DNA of 64,000 bases from Candidatus Thiovulum imperiosus. GTDB lineage: Bacteria > Campylobacterota > Campylobacteria > Campylobacterales > Thiovulaceae. A program made the position numbers and the translations under genes. Positions 39,784 to 50,610 of this stretch are shown one piece after another. Numbering within the stretch: position 1 is the first letter of the stretch; each line of letters begins with the position of its first letter. The stretch covers positions 159,309 to 223,308 of the forward strand of contig JAMJTW010000008.1 of assembly GCA_024281175.1 (NCBI GenBank), written 5' to 3'. Below the pieces are notes generated by a model, which was not told the origin of the DNA, did no database searches, and saw nothing but the letters and a program-made list of their open reading frames with translations.

Positions 39784-40019
39784 ATCTCTATGCTGTAATC
39801 TTCAATTACGGTATTTGCAAGAAGTTCTTCACACATCTTTGTAGCCTCTTCTCTTGCTTCACTTTCTGATGAGGTGTTCAGTTGCATAACTATCTGTCTA
39901 CCAATTCTCACATCTTGGACAGATTTCTCAAATCCCAAAGAGTCAAGAGCGTGATGTACTGCTTTTCCTTGAGAGTCTAAAACTCCCTCTTTCAAAAAGA
40001 TATTTATAACTACTCTCAT
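39780..40019 (-). CDS. purS: Phosphoribosylformylglycinamidine synthase subunit PurS
   Basis: 79 aa; LKEGVLDSQGKAV motif; follows purC with a 1-nt overlap. Confidence 0.85.
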   Translation of the reverse strand: MRVVINIFLKEGVLDSQGKAVHHALDSLGFEKSVQDVRIGRQIVMQLNTSSESEAREEATKMCEELLANTVIEDYSIEI

Positions 40020-40729
40020 TATCCTAAAATCCTATTTCTAACTTCTTCGTAAGCTACTTTAATTCCACCAATACCGTGTCGAAATCTATCTTTATCCAAC
40101 TTCTCTCCACTATTTATGTCCCAAAAACGACAACTATCTGGAGAAACCTCATCAGCTAAAAGAATTTTTCCATCTCTGTCTCTACCAAACTCAAGTTTGA
40201 AATCGATAAGTCGAAGATTTTTCTCTTTGAAGAAAGGAAGTAGAATTTCATTCACTTTTCTTGCTTTAGCTTTTAGAACTTCTAACTCTTCTGAAGATGC
40301 TAATTCCATCATAGTAGCGTGGTCATCAGTAATGATTGGGTCTCCCAAATCATCATCTTTATAGTAGAATTCAACCAAAATTGGAGAGAGCACTTTTCCA
40401 TCTTCAATTCCCAATCTTTTTACAAGAGAACCTGTTGCCACATTTCTTACAACAACTTCAATTGGAATGATTTCAACTCTCTCAACCAACATCTCTATTT
40501 CAGAGAGATTTTCCACAAAATGTGTTTCAATTCCATTCTCTTCTAGCTTCTTGAAAATGATAGTGCTTATCTCATTATTTAAAGCACCTTTTCCAGTTTC
40601 ACTCGACTTCTTCTGAGCATTGAATGCTGTTAAATCATCTTTAAATTCAGCTATGATTTTTGACTCATCTCCAGCAACAGCGAAAAGTTTTTTTGCTTTT
40701 CCTTCGTAAAGTAGTTCCGATTTTTCCAT
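40019..40729 (-). CDS. purC: SAICAR synthetase
   Basis: [11 protein letters not shown]-terminus, [24 protein letters not shown]. Confidence 0.95.
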   Translation of the reverse strand: MEKSELLYEGKAKKLFAVAGDESKIIAEFKDDLTAFNAQKKSSETGKGALNNEISTIIFKKLEENGIETHFVENLSEIEMLVERVEIIPIEVVVRNVATGSLVKRLGIEDGKVLSPILVEFYYKDDDLGDPIITDDHATMMELASSEELEVLKAKARKVNEILLPFFKEKNLRLIDFKLEFGRDRDGKILLADEVSPDSCRFWDINSGEKLDKDRFRHGIGGIKVAYEEVRNRILG

Positions 40730-40759
40730 TTATAAACTTTTTGTAAAATAATAACAGAT

Positions 40760-41830
40760 TTACAAAAAGTAGAGAGTGAAAATAGCTAACAAGACAATAG
40801 GAAGTACAACTCCTATTTCACCTGCTATTACTCCAGTTAAAGAGAGTTTTAATAGAGCAAAAAGAACTCCCCAAGTTAAAAGAGAAATTAGAATTGCTGT
40901 AAAAATATAGAGGCTCAGATTACTAAATCTACTACTTACAGGTAGAAATTTAAAAAGTAATAAAATTAGTAGTGGTGCAAAAAATGGAAATGAGACAATT
41001 GAGTAGAAAGAGACAAGAAGTTTCTCTGTTGAAAACTCTTTTAAATTGAGTAGTGTTATCGCTTCAAAAAGTTCTTGTAAGTTGAAATTAGAACTCTTCT
41101 CATATATCTTCTCAAGTATTTTTGGTTTAAAACCTTTTAGAACAAATAGTTTGTCAAAATCTCTAATTTCGATAGCTTTCTCATTTAAGAGTAAGTTCTT
41201 TGAGTTATAGAGAAATCTTGCTGAAGAGATAACCCATCTTTTGCCATCGTAGATAGCGTGTTTTGCTCTAACAATTTCTGCCAAATGTCCATCTCTTATA
41301 GAGAACATTCTAACTCCCTCAGCAAGTTTTTGAAATGGATAGAGTTTTGAGAAAAAGATATAGTAACTCTTTTGTTCACCTTTTTCCGATGTTATATCAT
41401 ATTTAAAAAATAGATTTTCACTATTTTCAAGTTCATCTCTATCTATTATACTTTTTGCTTTAGCTTCAGAGTATGCGTAATCTGTTGTATGAAGAGCTAT
41501 TGTGAAAAGAGTTATAAAAACAGCAATAAAAAATATTGGAGATACCACACTTTTATTGCTGTATCCAACAGAGTAGAGTGCAATGAGTGTGTTGTCTCTA
41601 ACAAGTTTTGATAGTGTTAAAACAGCACCAAAAAGAAGTGCAAGAGGAGTTAAGATTGATGAAGCGTGTAGAGTTTTGTAGTAGAGATAGAGTATCTGAA
41701 CATTTGTTGATGGAGGTAGTTTTCTAGCTATCTGAATATAATCTATAATTATAAAGAAAAGCACCAATCCAGAAAGAACAATTGCAAAATATCTAAGATA
41801 TATTTTAGATATATAGATACTCTTTTCCAA
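40760..41830 (-). CDS. LptF/LptG-family LPS export permease (YjgP/YjgQ)
   Basis: 356 aa with 3 N-terminal TMs, a periplasmic beta-jellyroll-sized loop and 3 C-terminal TMs. N-terminal YISKIYLRYF matches the family start. Confidence 0.7.
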   Translation of the reverse strand: MEKSIYISKIYLRYFAIVLSGLVLFFIIIDYIQIARKLPPSTNVQILYLYYKTLHASSILTPLALLFGAVLTLSKLVRDNTLIALYSVGYSNKSVVSPIFFIAVFITLFTIALHTTDYAYSEAKAKSIIDRDELENSENLFFKYDITSEKGEQKSYYIFFSKLYPFQKLAEGVRMFSIRDGHLAEIVRAKHAIYDGKRWVISSARFLYNSKNLLLNEKAIEIRDFDKLFVLKGFKPKILEKIYEKSSNFNLQELFEAITLLNLKEFSTEKLLVSFYSIVSFPFFAPLLILLLFKFLPVSSRFSNLSLYIFTAILISLLTWGVLFALLKLSLTGVIAGEIGVVLPIVLLAIFTLYFL

Positions 41831-41832
41831 AA

Positions 41833-42639
41833 CTACAACCCTTTTATCTTTTGAACCTCATCAGCAATATTCTCTTTTCTCATAAAGTGTTCACCAATAA
41901 GAAAAGCATCAACTCCAGCTCTATTTAGTTCTATAAGCTGTTCATGTTCATAAAGACCACTTTCAGCAACTATGATTTTTCCATTTGGAATTGAGGGAAT
42001 GAGTTTGAAAGAGAGTTCGATATCCATCTCAAAAGTCTCTAAATTTCTATGATTTATCCCAATAATTTCTGCTCCAGCAAAAATTGCTTTTGTCAAATCA
42101 CTCTTATCATGTATCTCAACAAGAACATCTAAACCTAAATGTCTAGCATACTCATATAGAGATTTCAACTCTTTTCGAGATAGAGCTTTTGCAATAAGTA
42201 AAATAAAATCAGCACCATAAACTAACGCTTCAAGTATCTGATATTCTGAAACTATAAAATCTTTTCGAAGAATTGGTAGAGAGCTGTATCTTCGAATTCC
42301 TGTAAGATACTCTATATTTCCTTGAAAAAAGTGAGGCTCTGTTAAAATAGATAAAGCGTTTGCACCACCATCTTCATACTCTTGAGCTATTTTTAAAGGG
42401 TCAAAATCTTCTCGAATTACACCTTTACTTGGACTCGCTTTTTTAACTTCAGCAATAATTTTAAATTTATCTTTTTCATCACTTTTTAAAACAGATTTAA
42501 CATCTCGCGGAGCAAAAGGGTTGAAAGCAAGACTCTTTCCTAGCCAATCCATAGAAAATTGCTTCTCTCTCTTTTTAATATCCTCTTCTGTTTTTGAAAT
42601 TATCTTTTCTAATATGTCTGGAGTCTTCTCCCTAAACAA
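41833..42639 (-). CDS. trpC: Indole-3-glycerol phosphate synthase
   Basis: [39 protein letters not shown] motifs; TTG start. Confidence 0.93.
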   Translation of the reverse strand: MFREKTPDILEKIISKTEEDIKKREKQFSMDWLGKSLAFNPFAPRDVKSVLKSDEKDKFKIIAEVKKASPSKGVIREDFDPLKIAQEYEDGGANALSILTEPHFFQGNIEYLTGIRRYSSLPILRKDFIVSEYQILEALVYGADFILLIAKALSRKELKSLYEYARHLGLDVLVEIHDKSDLTKAIFAGAEIIGINHRNLETFEMDIELSFKLIPSIPNGKIIVAESGLYEHEQLIELNRAGVDAFLIGEHFMRKENIADEVQKIKGL

Positions 42640-42720
42640 ACTTATCTCCTAATCTTGAAAAAGGGATTTTACCTAAATTTAATTTGATAGAATTTCTGAA
42701 GATTTAATATAAGGAATATA

Positions 42721-44199
42721 TTGTTTGATAATAAATATGTAGAACAGAGAATTGAAAAGGGAGAAGCTCTAAAGTCACTTGGAAAAAATCCCTATGAAAA
42801 TAGAGTTTCCAGAGATGGGCTTACAGCAGATTTTATTGAAAAATTTGGGAATTTAGAAGACCGAGACGAGTCTGAAAGTTTTAGACTGATTGGAAGAATT
42901 AAGTTTCTTCGACTTATGGGAAAAGCATCTTTTATGAAAATCGAAGACTCAGAGGGTATTCTTCAAATTTATGTTTCTAAAAATCAGCTTGGAGATTGGT
43001 TTGGAGATATTAAGAATATCGTAGAAGTTGGTGACCTCATCGAAGTTGAAGGTTTTCCTTTTGTTACAAAAACTGATGAACTATCTCTAAATGTTCGAGA
43101 ATTCAAAATCGTAACAAAAGCTATCTCTCCACTACCAGAGAAGTTTCATGGATTACAGGATAAAGAGCTTCGATATCGACAAAGATATCTAGATATGATA
43201 ATGAATTCAGAAGTTAGAAAAGTTTTCAAAACTCGAAGTAGAATTGTTTCTGAAATTAGACACTTTTTTGAAAGCAGAGAGTTTTTAGAAGTTGAAACAC
43301 CAATGCTTCACCCAATTGCAGGTGGTGCGAATGCCAGACCATTTATCACTCACCACAACGCTCTTTCAGTAGATAGGTTTCTAAGAATTGCTCCTGAACT
43401 CTATTTGAAAAGACTTTTAGTTGGTGGATTTGATGGTGTTTTTGAGATAAATAGAAATTTCCGAAATGAGGGAATGGACCACACTCACAATCCAGAATTT
43501 ACGATGCTTGAGTACTATTGGGCATTTCATAGAGTAGAAGATTTGATGAAACTTACAGAAGAACTTTTTGACCACCTTTTTGAAAAATTGGAACTATCGA
43601 GAGTTTTAAAATATGATGAGAGCGAAATAGATTTTTCAACTCCTTTCCAAACTTACACTTATCGAGAAGCTCTTGTAAAAGTTGGAGAAGTTCCAGAAAA
43701 TATTCTGCTTTCTATACCTGAAATGGTCGCATATTTAGAGAAGCACGATTTAGAACTTCCTCAGACTCTTTCTCTTGGGTATCTTTGGGCAGAACTTTTT
43801 GATAACTTTGTAGAGAAGAAACTTATCAATCCAACTTTTATTACAGAGTTTCCAATTGATATAAGTCCTCTTGCTCGTCGAAATGACCAGAATTCTGAAA
43901 TTGCAGACCGTTTTGAACTCTTTATTCACGGTACTGAAGTTGCAAATGGATTTAGTGAGTTGAATGACCCAATTGACCAGTATGAAAGATTTAAAAAACA
44001 GCTTGAAGCTAAAGATGATGGAGATGATGAAGCCCATGAGATGGACGAAGATTATGTAAAAGCTCTCTCTTATGGAATGCCACCAGCAGCAGGTGAGGGA
44101 GTTGGAATTGATAGACTTGTAATGCTTCTTACAAATCAGCACTCAATTCGAGATGTTCTACTGTTCCCTGCAATGAAACCTCTACATCACGAAGAGTAG
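42721..44199 (+). CDS. lysS: Lysine--tRNA ligase (class II)
   Basis: 492 aa; OB-fold N-domain, class II motifs [24 protein letters not shown]; TTG start. Confidence 0.97.
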   Translation: MFDNKYVEQRIEKGEALKSLGKNPYENRVSRDGLTADFIEKFGNLEDRDESESFRLIGRIKFLRLMGKASFMKIEDSEGILQIYVSKNQLGDWFGDIKNIVEVGDLIEVEGFPFVTKTDELSLNVREFKIVTKAISPLPEKFHGLQDKELRYRQRYLDMIMNSEVRKVFKTRSRIVSEIRHFFESREFLEVETPMLHPIAGGANARPFITHHNALSVDRFLRIAPELYLKRLLVGGFDGVFEINRNFRNEGMDHTHNPEFTMLEYYWAFHRVEDLMKLTEELFDHLFEKLELSRVLKYDESEIDFSTPFQTYTYREALVKVGEVPENILLSIPEMVAYLEKHDLELPQTLSLGYLWAELFDNFVEKKLINPTFITEFPIDISPLARRNDQNSEIADRFELFIHGTEVANGFSELNDPIDQYERFKKQLEAKDDGDDEAHEMDEDYVKALSYGMPPAAGEGVGIDRLVMLLTNQHSIRDVLLFPAMKPLHHEE

Positions 44200-44204
44200 T
44201 TAGA

Positions 44205-44229
44205 AACTCCTATCTTTAGGATAGGAGTT
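44205..44229. terminator. Bidirectional terminator hairpin between lysS and rpmA
   Basis: AACTCCTATC-TTTAG-GATAGGAGTT, perfect 10-bp stem flanked by A/T runs. Confidence 0.65.
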
Positions 44230-44231
44230 AT

Positions 44232-44486
44232 TTATGCAGGAATTACAGAAACTTTTTTTCGAGTTTTATCTTTTCTCTCAAATTTAACTTCACCATCTAC
44301 AAGAGCGTAAAGAGTGTGGTCTTTTCCAATACCAACATTGTTTCCAGCGTGAACTTTTGTTCCTCTCTGTCGAATGATAATATTTCCAGCTACTACTTTT
44401 TCACCACCATTTTTCTTAACTCCAAGCCTTCTACCAGCTGAGTCCCTATTATTCTGGGTTGAACCCTGACCTTTTTTGTGTGCCAT
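44232..44486 (-). CDS. rpmA: 50S ribosomal protein L27
   Basis: [24 protein letters not shown] canonical N-terminus. Confidence 0.97.
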   Translation of the reverse strand: MAHKKGQGSTQNNRDSAGRRLGVKKNGGEKVVAGNIIIRQRGTKVHAGNNVGIGKDHTLYALVDGEVKFERKDKTRKKVSVIPA

Positions 44487-44498
44487 ACTTTTCTCTCC

Positions 44499-44795
44499 TT
44501 ATGCAGATATTGAAGTGATTTTTACTTTTGTATAAGTTCTTCGGAAACCTTTTTTAAGTTTACTATCTTTTCTTCTTCTCTTTTTATAGATAATAACTTT
44601 TTTAGCTCTACCCTCTTCAACAACTTCTGCTTTTACAGAACCACCATCTAAAAGTAGCTCTCCCTCTTTACTAACCGCCAATACACTAAGTTCTATTTCG
44701 TTTCCACTCTCAACATCGCTGATTTTATCAAGAAATAGGAAATCACCCTCTTGAACCCTGTACTGTTTTCCGCCATTTTTTACGACTGCATACAT
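44499..44795 (-). CDS. rplU: 50S ribosomal protein L21
   Basis: [18 protein letters not shown] canonical start at ATG 44795. The ORF-track extension to 44924 is non-homologous and overlaps era. Confidence 0.95.
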   Translation of the reverse strand: MYAVVKNGGKQYRVQEGDFLFLDKISDVESGNEIELSVLAVSKEGELLLDGGSVKAEVVEEGRAKKVIIYKKRRRKDSKLKKGFRRTYTKVKITSISA

Positions 44796-44887
44796 GGGCG
44801 ACCCTTTTTTAAAATTAAGTTTGAAATTGTATAGGAATATTGTCGAAATTTCAAATTTATCATAAAATAAATTTTTAAAGGATATAA

Positions 44888-45754
44888 ATGAAAGCTGGAT
44901 TTGTAGCTGTGGTTGGTCGTCCAAATGCTGGAAAATCTACATTAACAAATTGGCTTTTGGGTGAAAAAATAGCTATGGTTTCTCATAAAGCTAATGCCAC
45001 TCGAAAGCGAACAAATGCAATTGTAATGCATCATGAAAATCAGATAATTCTTATTGACACTCCAGGTCTGCATGAAAAAGAGAAACTCTTAAATCAGTTT
45101 ATGCTTGAAGAGGCTCTAAAGGCAATTGGAGATAGTGATGTAATTCTTTTTCTCTCTTCGGTTGAGGACTCTACTGAAAATTATGAAAAATTTCTCTCTC
45201 TTTCAAATCGTCCACACATTTTACTTCTCACACGAATAGATAGAGTCTCAAATGAGAAAATTTTGAAAAAGATTTCTCAATTTCAGAAATATTCAGATAA
45301 ATTTCTTGAACTGATTCCAGTTTCAGTTTCAAAAGGTTTAAATCGAGATTCTCTTTTAGATTCTATTTCAAAATATATTCCAGATTCTCCCTATCTTTAC
45401 AATCCTGAAGATTTGACAACAGAACATATTCGAGATATCTACAAAGAGTTTATTCGAGAAGCTATTTTTGAAGAGACAAGTGCTGAAATTCCTTATGAAA
45501 GTGATGTTGTTATCGACAAAATAGAAGAGGGAGAGCTTGAAAAGATAAGAGCAACTATTGTAGTTGAGAAACATACTCAAAAAGGAATGGTTATTGGAGA
45601 TAGAGGAAAAAGTATAAAAAGAATTGGAAAAAATGCCAGAGAAAAGATAGAAAAACTTGTTGGGAAACAAGTCTATTTAGAGCTTTTCGTCTCTGTTAAA
45701 AAAGGGTGGACAAAAAATAGGAAATCTTTAGAAGAGATGGGATACATCTTTTGA
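44888..45754 (+). CDS. era: GTPase Era
   Basis: [21 protein letters not shown]-terminal KH domain ([13 protein letters not shown]). Confidence 0.95.
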   Translation: MKAGFVAVVGRPNAGKSTLTNWLLGEKIAMVSHKANATRKRTNAIVMHHENQIILIDTPGLHEKEKLLNQFMLEEALKAIGDSDVILFLSSVEDSTENYEKFLSLSNRPHILLLTRIDRVSNEKILKKISQFQKYSDKFLELIPVSVSKGLNRDSLLDSISKYIPDSPYLYNPEDLTTEHIRDIYKEFIREAIFEETSAEIPYESDVVIDKIEEGELEKIRATIVVEKHTQKGMVIGDRGKSIKRIGKNAREKIEKLVGKQVYLELFVSVKKGWTKNRKSLEEMGYIF

Positions 45755-45759
45755 GAAAC

Positions 45760-46788
45760 TTAGTATAGAAACATAACTCTAGCTCCAGCAGAGTAGAATT
45801 TATCGATATAGTGATTTGGATAGACGGCACTATAATTTGTTAGAAGTTTCACATTTTTACTGATATGCCAATTCAGAGCTAAATCCCACTTTTCCTGATA
45901 CTCTTCGACAACATCTCTTAAATCCAGTCTGGAGTATCTTAAAGCTATTTCGAGGTCATCGCTATTTTTAGCATTGCTAAATTTTGCTTCACCCAATTTG
46001 AATTTCTTTTTTCCACCAAAGAGAAAGTAGCCAACTTGGGCGTAGTATCCAAAAAGTTTATACTTATCAAGATGACTTTCCAGATACTCTGCTTGAAAGT
46101 GAAAAGAATCTTTTAGGTAGAGAGTTTCAAATCCAAAATCTTCTGTATTTTCCACATTTTTGAAATTTACATTTAGAAGTTTCTCTTCTATTTCCTCAAT
46201 TCGAGATTTATGTTTATATCTTCTATTGTCATCATAAAAATCTGTATACATGTAGGAAGTTCCAATATGAACTTTCTCCCCTTTTCCAAGTTTGTATCCA
46301 TAAGTTGCTTTTACAACGCCTCTAGTTCTCTTATCATCATCATCTCTCTCTTCATCAATAGAGTTTTTAAAAACTCCGAAAAAGATATTTGTTCGATGTT
46401 TATCAACTTTTGCTGAAAGGGAAACTTCCGAACCAAGTTTTCTATTTTCTGTAAGAGTATCTACAAGAGAACTCTCCATAAAAGGAGAGTATTTGGAACT
46501 TGAGTAGGTTTCCATAGAGAAAGGAATTTTCATATTTCCAACTTTCACTCTAAATCCATTGAAGCCATATCCAAGATAGACATCTTTAAAACTTACCTCA
46601 TCAGCAAAATCCAATTCAGCTTCATAGAAGAAATCTTGTAGAGAACCTTTATGAAAAACTCTAGCTCTTCTAATTTCGCTGTTGCTTTCCTCATCTGTAT
46701 AGGTAAAATCAGCATCTAATCTAGCTCCAAATTTGAAATCTTCTCCAAATAGAAAAGAGCTAAAAAGTATGAAAACTATATATCTCAT
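45760..46788 (-). CDS. Outer-membrane beta-barrel porin (OprO/P-like)
   Basis: Signal peptide, alternating amphipathic strands, C-terminal aromatic ...ARVMFLY. The family assignment is tentative. Confidence 0.5.
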   Translation of the reverse strand: MRYIVFILFSSFLFGEDFKFGARLDADFTYTDEESNSEIRRARVFHKGSLQDFFYEAELDFADEVSFKDVYLGYGFNGFRVKVGNMKIPFSMETYSSSKYSPFMESSLVDTLTENRKLGSEVSLSAKVDKHRTNIFFGVFKNSIDEERDDDDKRTRGVVKATYGYKLGKGEKVHIGTSYMYTDFYDDNRRYKHKSRIEEIEEKLLNVNFKNVENTEDFGFETLYLKDSFHFQAEYLESHLDKYKLFGYYAQVGYFLFGGKKKFKLGEAKFSNAKNSDDLEIALRYSRLDLRDVVEEYQEKWDLALNWHISKNVKLLTNYSAVYPNHYIDKFYSAGARVMFLY

Positions 46789-48167
46789 AAATCTTCCTTA
46801 TCTAATACTATGTAGTCTGCTGGATTGTTTGGCTTTTTCCCATTATCCTCAACAAGAAGAAGTTTGGTTTTATTTCCTTTAAGTATCGCTACTCCCTCTG
46901 TAAAACCTATTTTTGGTTGGTTCTTTACAAATTCAGCTTTCCCATTATTATCTAAAAACCAGAGTTCAAAATCTTTCTTTCCTCTATCTCCAGAAGCACC
47001 AGCAACAACCCAATATCCATTTCTCTCATTATCATAAGTGAAATCTCGAATTCCAAGACCGTTCAAATTGAGAAAGATAGGTTCTCCAAACTCGAGTTTT
47101 TCCAAATCTTTTATTTCAAGTATCACCGCATTTTCTGAATGGAGTGGAGTTCTAAATCCTATATGTAGATTTTTGTTAAATGCCAATCCCTCGATATTTA
47201 TCTCATTTCCAAAAAGGTTTGGAAACTTTTCATAAAGTGCCTCTTTAAGTCCAGAGTAGGCGATGAGGTTCTCTGCTTTTCCATCGATATAGTCAAATTG
47301 CAATATCTGATTTCTTCGCTCTTTATCCAAATCTTTTCGAGTATTGCTGTGAGATGTAATTGCATAAACTCTATTTCCATCTATCGTAACAGCTTCTAAA
47401 TCATCAACCTCTTTCTTTAAAACTCTTTTAAACTCTTTTGACATAGGAAGTTTCCCATCTTCTACAATTTCACCATCTTTTGAAATGCTCAAAAGTGAAA
47501 AGCTCTTTTTTGCCTCATCTTCAACGACAAGGATTTTTCCGTCTGGAAGTTGAACTGCTCCAGATGGCTCAAATATATTTTCAAACTCATCTTTCTGATA
47601 GGGAACTGTTCCCGTTGAAATTGTGTTGAATGGGGTCTGGTCTATGAAAATAAGACCATATACTGCTAATAGCACACTTATCACTAATCCAATTGAAAAG
47701 TATGTGTAGGCTTGTCGTAGCCAAAAATATTTCTTTTTGATTTCCGCTCCTAAAATGTGAAGGTGTAGAGTTAAATTTTTTGCTGAACTATCAAAAGAGG
47801 AGATAGTTTCAGCAGTCTCCAACATAAAATCGGCAGGATGCATTTTTGCCATATCATCATAATAGAGTAGAGACTCATAATTCTCTATTTTCTCTTCCTT
47901 TTTCAAAAGTCTCTCTTTTGTTCTTGGTCGAATAGCAAAAGCTGCGAGAATGATTGAGATAAGAGCAGTTAAGATGATTGAAGCGAAAGCAAAATTCATA
48001 ATATTGTTATGAACAACAAAGCCAGAAGCCGTCATAATGACGGTAAGAATAAATCCATTGACTGAAATCAATATTCCAGCTTTTGTGTCTGCTAGTGTTG
48101 TTAAGTCAAGATTTGATTTCAGACCATTTCTGAAATATGTTCCAACTAGCTTTGTATCTTTTTTCAT
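46785..48167 (-). CDS. Membrane protein: N-terminal DUF5706/Pycsar-effector-like TM module fused to DUF3616-like beta-propeller
   Basis: N-terminal LDLTTLADTKAGILISVNGF followed by 3 TM helices. The C-terminal half has VQLPDGKILVVEDE, IEGLAF, GYWVVAGASGD, reminiscent of DUF3616. Domain calls are from memory. Confidence 0.5.
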   Translation of the reverse strand: MKKDTKLVGTYFRNGLKSNLDLTTLADTKAGILISVNGFILTVIMTASGFVVHNNIMNFAFASIILTALISIILAAFAIRPRTKERLLKKEEKIENYESLLYYDDMAKMHPADFMLETAETISSFDSSAKNLTLHLHILGAEIKKKYFWLRQAYTYFSIGLVISVLLAVYGLIFIDQTPFNTISTGTVPYQKDEFENIFEPSGAVQLPDGKILVVEDEAKKSFSLLSISKDGEIVEDGKLPMSKEFKRVLKKEVDDLEAVTIDGNRVYAITSHSNTRKDLDKERRNQILQFDYIDGKAENLIAYSGLKEALYEKFPNLFGNEINIEGLAFNKNLHIGFRTPLHSENAVILEIKDLEKLEFGEPIFLNLNGLGIRDFTYDNERNGYWVVAGASGDRGKKDFELWFLDNNGKAEFVKNQPKIGFTEGVAILKGNKTKLLLVEDNGKKPNNPADYIVLDKEDL

Positions 48168-49795
48168 CTAATTTCTGTTACGATACCCGAAACTGTGAAA
48201 TCTGTAAAAGCTGTTCCATTTAAAACTAAAGTGTAAGCTCCTGAAACCAACTCTTCAGAAGAGAAAACCACAGATTGGTAACTTTTGTTTGGCGTAAATT
48301 GGATTAGCTCATTTCCAGAACTATCCTCTATTCCAACTAGAGTTCCAGCACTTTGGAGAGATGAGAGATTTAGTAAAACAGAGTTTTGAGTCGAAGTTTC
48401 ACTTGGGGACTCTGCCATTCCAGAACTTCCAACTGCAATTAGAGTTCCACCATTTATATTAAATGTGTAATCAACATCTAAAGCACCGTTGTTATTTGCT
48501 GTTGGTCCATTTACAAAAACAGTTCCGCCATTCATTTCGATATATCCATTTGAGTCGAGACCATCTCCATCAGCATCTACATAGATTGTTCCACCATTTA
48601 TATATAGGTAATACTCTCCAGACTCAGACATCATTCCGCCAATTGCTCCTCTGTCTGGCATCTCTCCATTTGGCGGTAGCATAGCAAGTAGAGTTTGAGT
48701 TGCTGTATCAGTATTTACCATATTGATACCATCATCACTTGAGACAATATGGATTTCTCCACCATTTAAAATTCCAAGTCTTGACTCAAGCCCCTCATAA
48801 GATTTTGAGATATTTATCTCTCCGCTATTTATTTCCAAAGAGAAGTCAGCTCGAATACCGTCATCAGCTGAAGCTAGTGAGATAGAACCACCATCTATTA
48901 AAACATCACCATCACTATTGAGTGTATCATCAGCGGAGTCTATTGAGAAAGTTCCATCAATAATATGAATGCCACCATTTGATTTCAAACCTTTTGCCGA
49001 CTCTGATGAGGTAGCACTACTTCCATCGCCTGTTGAGATAGAGAATGTTCCTCCAGAAATTGTCATATTCTGCTCAGATTGGATACCATCATTTTGTGCT
49101 GTAATAGAGAAGTTTCCTCCATAAATCTCTATATATCCTCTCTCAACATCTTCCTCATTTGTAGATTTCATGCCATCTCCAGAAGCATTTATAGAGAAAT
49201 CTCCATCTTTGATGATGAGGTAATCTTTTCCAACAATTCCATCATCAACCGATGATATTTCTATACTTCCATTCTGAATTACTAAACCATCTTTGCCCTT
49301 AATTCCATCGTTGTAATTTGCCGTTACAATTAGAGAACCACTACCCTCTATACTCAAATCATCTTTGCTGTAAATTACAGAGTCCTCTTCCCTCTCGATA
49401 TTTGCATCGGAAAAGTAGTTCTCTCCACTCAAATTTAAAATTGTCTCTTTTGCACTGAGAATTGTAATTGGAGCAGTCTCTTCACTATTTATAGAAACAC
49501 CATTTAGATAGAGATTTACAACTCCATCTTCAGGAGCTTGTACAAAAATTTCACCATCAGATAGAGAACCAGAGATATTGTAGTCTCCAGCCATTGAAAG
49601 AGTGATGCGATTTCCAGAAACTGTAACTCCACTTCCTGAAGCAACTGTGTTTCCATCTTGAAGAAAGATGTTTGCAGAAGTTTCGCCTTGCTGACTTTCA
49701 ATTTCAACTTCTACTGAAGTATCTGTTTCTGTATCACTTTCACAACCAGTTAAAAGCAGAGTAGCTAAGATAGATGAGATATAGATATTTTTCAT
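48164..49795 (-). CDS. Lipoprotein, Cthe_2159-like carbohydrate-binding beta-helix family
   Basis: Lipobox LLLTGCESD. Many reiterated (S/A)(S/A)DDGI / GDG(L/M) turns typical of the PF14262-type parallel beta-helix. Confidence 0.65.
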   Translation of the reverse strand: MKNIYISSILATLLLTGCESDTETDTSVEVEIESQQGETSANIFLQDGNTVASGSGVTVSGNRITLSMAGDYNISGSLSDGEIFVQAPEDGVVNLYLNGVSINSEETAPITILSAKETILNLSGENYFSDANIEREEDSVIYSKDDLSIEGSGSLIVTANYNDGIKGKDGLVIQNGSIEISSVDDGIVGKDYLIIKDGDFSINASGDGMKSTNEEDVERGYIEIYGGNFSITAQNDGIQSEQNMTISGGTFSISTGDGSSATSSESAKGLKSNGGIHIIDGTFSIDSADDTLNSDGDVLIDGGSISLASADDGIRADFSLEINSGEINISKSYEGLESRLGILNGGEIHIVSSDDGINMVNTDTATQTLLAMLPPNGEMPDRGAIGGMMSESGEYYLYINGGTIYVDADGDGLDSNGYIEMNGGTVFVNGPTANNNGALDVDYTFNINGGTLIAVGSSGMAESPSETSTQNSVLLNLSSLQSAGTLVGIEDSSGNELIQFTPNKSYQSVVFSSEELVSGAYTLVLNGTAFTDFTVSGIVTEIR

Positions 49796-49940
49796 ATTAA
49801 TTCTTTTTCTAAAATTATATTTTGAATGTGTGCTAAAAATGTGCTGTAAAAGATAATACCTTGAAAAAATGAGTGACTAAATAGAAGATTTTTATCTTTT
49901 GGAAACTTTTGTAAGAACTTAATAAAAATTTAAAACTACT

Positions 49941-50011
49941 GTCATTTCGAGCTACTCGAGAAATCTCGGAAAGGAGACCTTTCCATTCCGCTTCGCTCTA
50001 GTCGAAATGAC
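49941..50011. repeat. Small palindromic (MITE/REP-like) element, copy 1
   Basis: 10-bp terminal inverted repeats GTCATTTCGA / TCGAAATGAC. Internal hairpins TCGAG-CTA-CTCGA and GGAAAGG-AGA-CCTTTCC. Shares GAGAAATC and CGCTTCGCTC blocks with the copy at 55418..55512. Confidence 0.75.
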
Positions 50012-50019
50012 AAGAATGG

Positions 50020-50610
50020 CTAGGTCACTTCCCAATTTAGAAGATATTTTGTCATGCTTTGAAAGTCTGGAAATTCATACTTCATAGAAAATGAAAGAGC
50101 ATTTGCGATTTTCTTTCTCTCTTCAGTTAGAGATTTACTATCTAATTTGAAGATTTGGATTGTAAACTCAGCTTTTTCAAAATCTTGTAAGTTCAAATCT
50201 TCTCTAATTAGAATATCTCCAGCCCAACTATACTCAAAGAAGTTTTCAGGGTTTTCAAGAACTGGATTTACGATTTTTACATAGTCTTCTCTTTTCAATC
50301 CAAAATTATCTTTTGTATGGGAGCAGTGAAATTTGCTATTACAAGAGACGAGTAAATTGTTGTAATTTAAAGTTTCTTCAGGAAAACGGTCTCTTGTTTT
50401 AAAGTGGTCTATATTCGAGTTTTCTGGTAAATCATCTATCTCTTTTTCGCAATAAGCACATAGAAGACTCTGCTCTTCAAGTAAAATATCGGCTCTAAGT
50501 TTAGCTCTTATCTCTCCAATCTCTTCCCAAGCCTTGCTCTCTTTTGGCTTTTTGACTTTAGCTTTTGTTTTTTGGAAATAAGAGGGTTCTTCTTTTTCAA
50601 TTTTAAACAC
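50020..50610 (-). CDS. HNH endonuclease, PtuB-like (TIGR02646-type)
   Basis: CAYCEKEI...NIDHFKTRDRFPEETLNYNNLLVSCNSKFHCSHTKDN matches the CxxC...H-F-x-P...N-L-L-x-x-C HNH pattern of Septu/retron-associated PtuB. 8-nt overlap with the upstream ATPase. Confidence 0.75.
   Translation of the reverse strand: MFKIEKEEPSYFQKTKAKVKKPKESKAWEEIGEIRAKLRADILLEEQSLLCAYCEKEIDDLPENSNIDHFKTRDRFPEETLNYNNLLVSCNSKFHCSHTKDNFGLKREDYVKIVNPVLENPENFFEYSWAGDILIREDLNLQDFEKAEFTIQIFKLDSKSLTEERKKIANALSFSMKYEFPDFQSMTKYLLNWEVT

Noticed and set aside
43750-44142. 130-aa minus-strand ORF
   Set aside because: It is antisense to the conserved catalytic core of lysS, and no motif is recognisable.
44796-44924. N-terminal extension of rplU in the ORF track
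   Set aside because: Canonical L21 begins [12 protein letters not shown] at 44795. The extension is low-complexity and overlaps the divergent era start.
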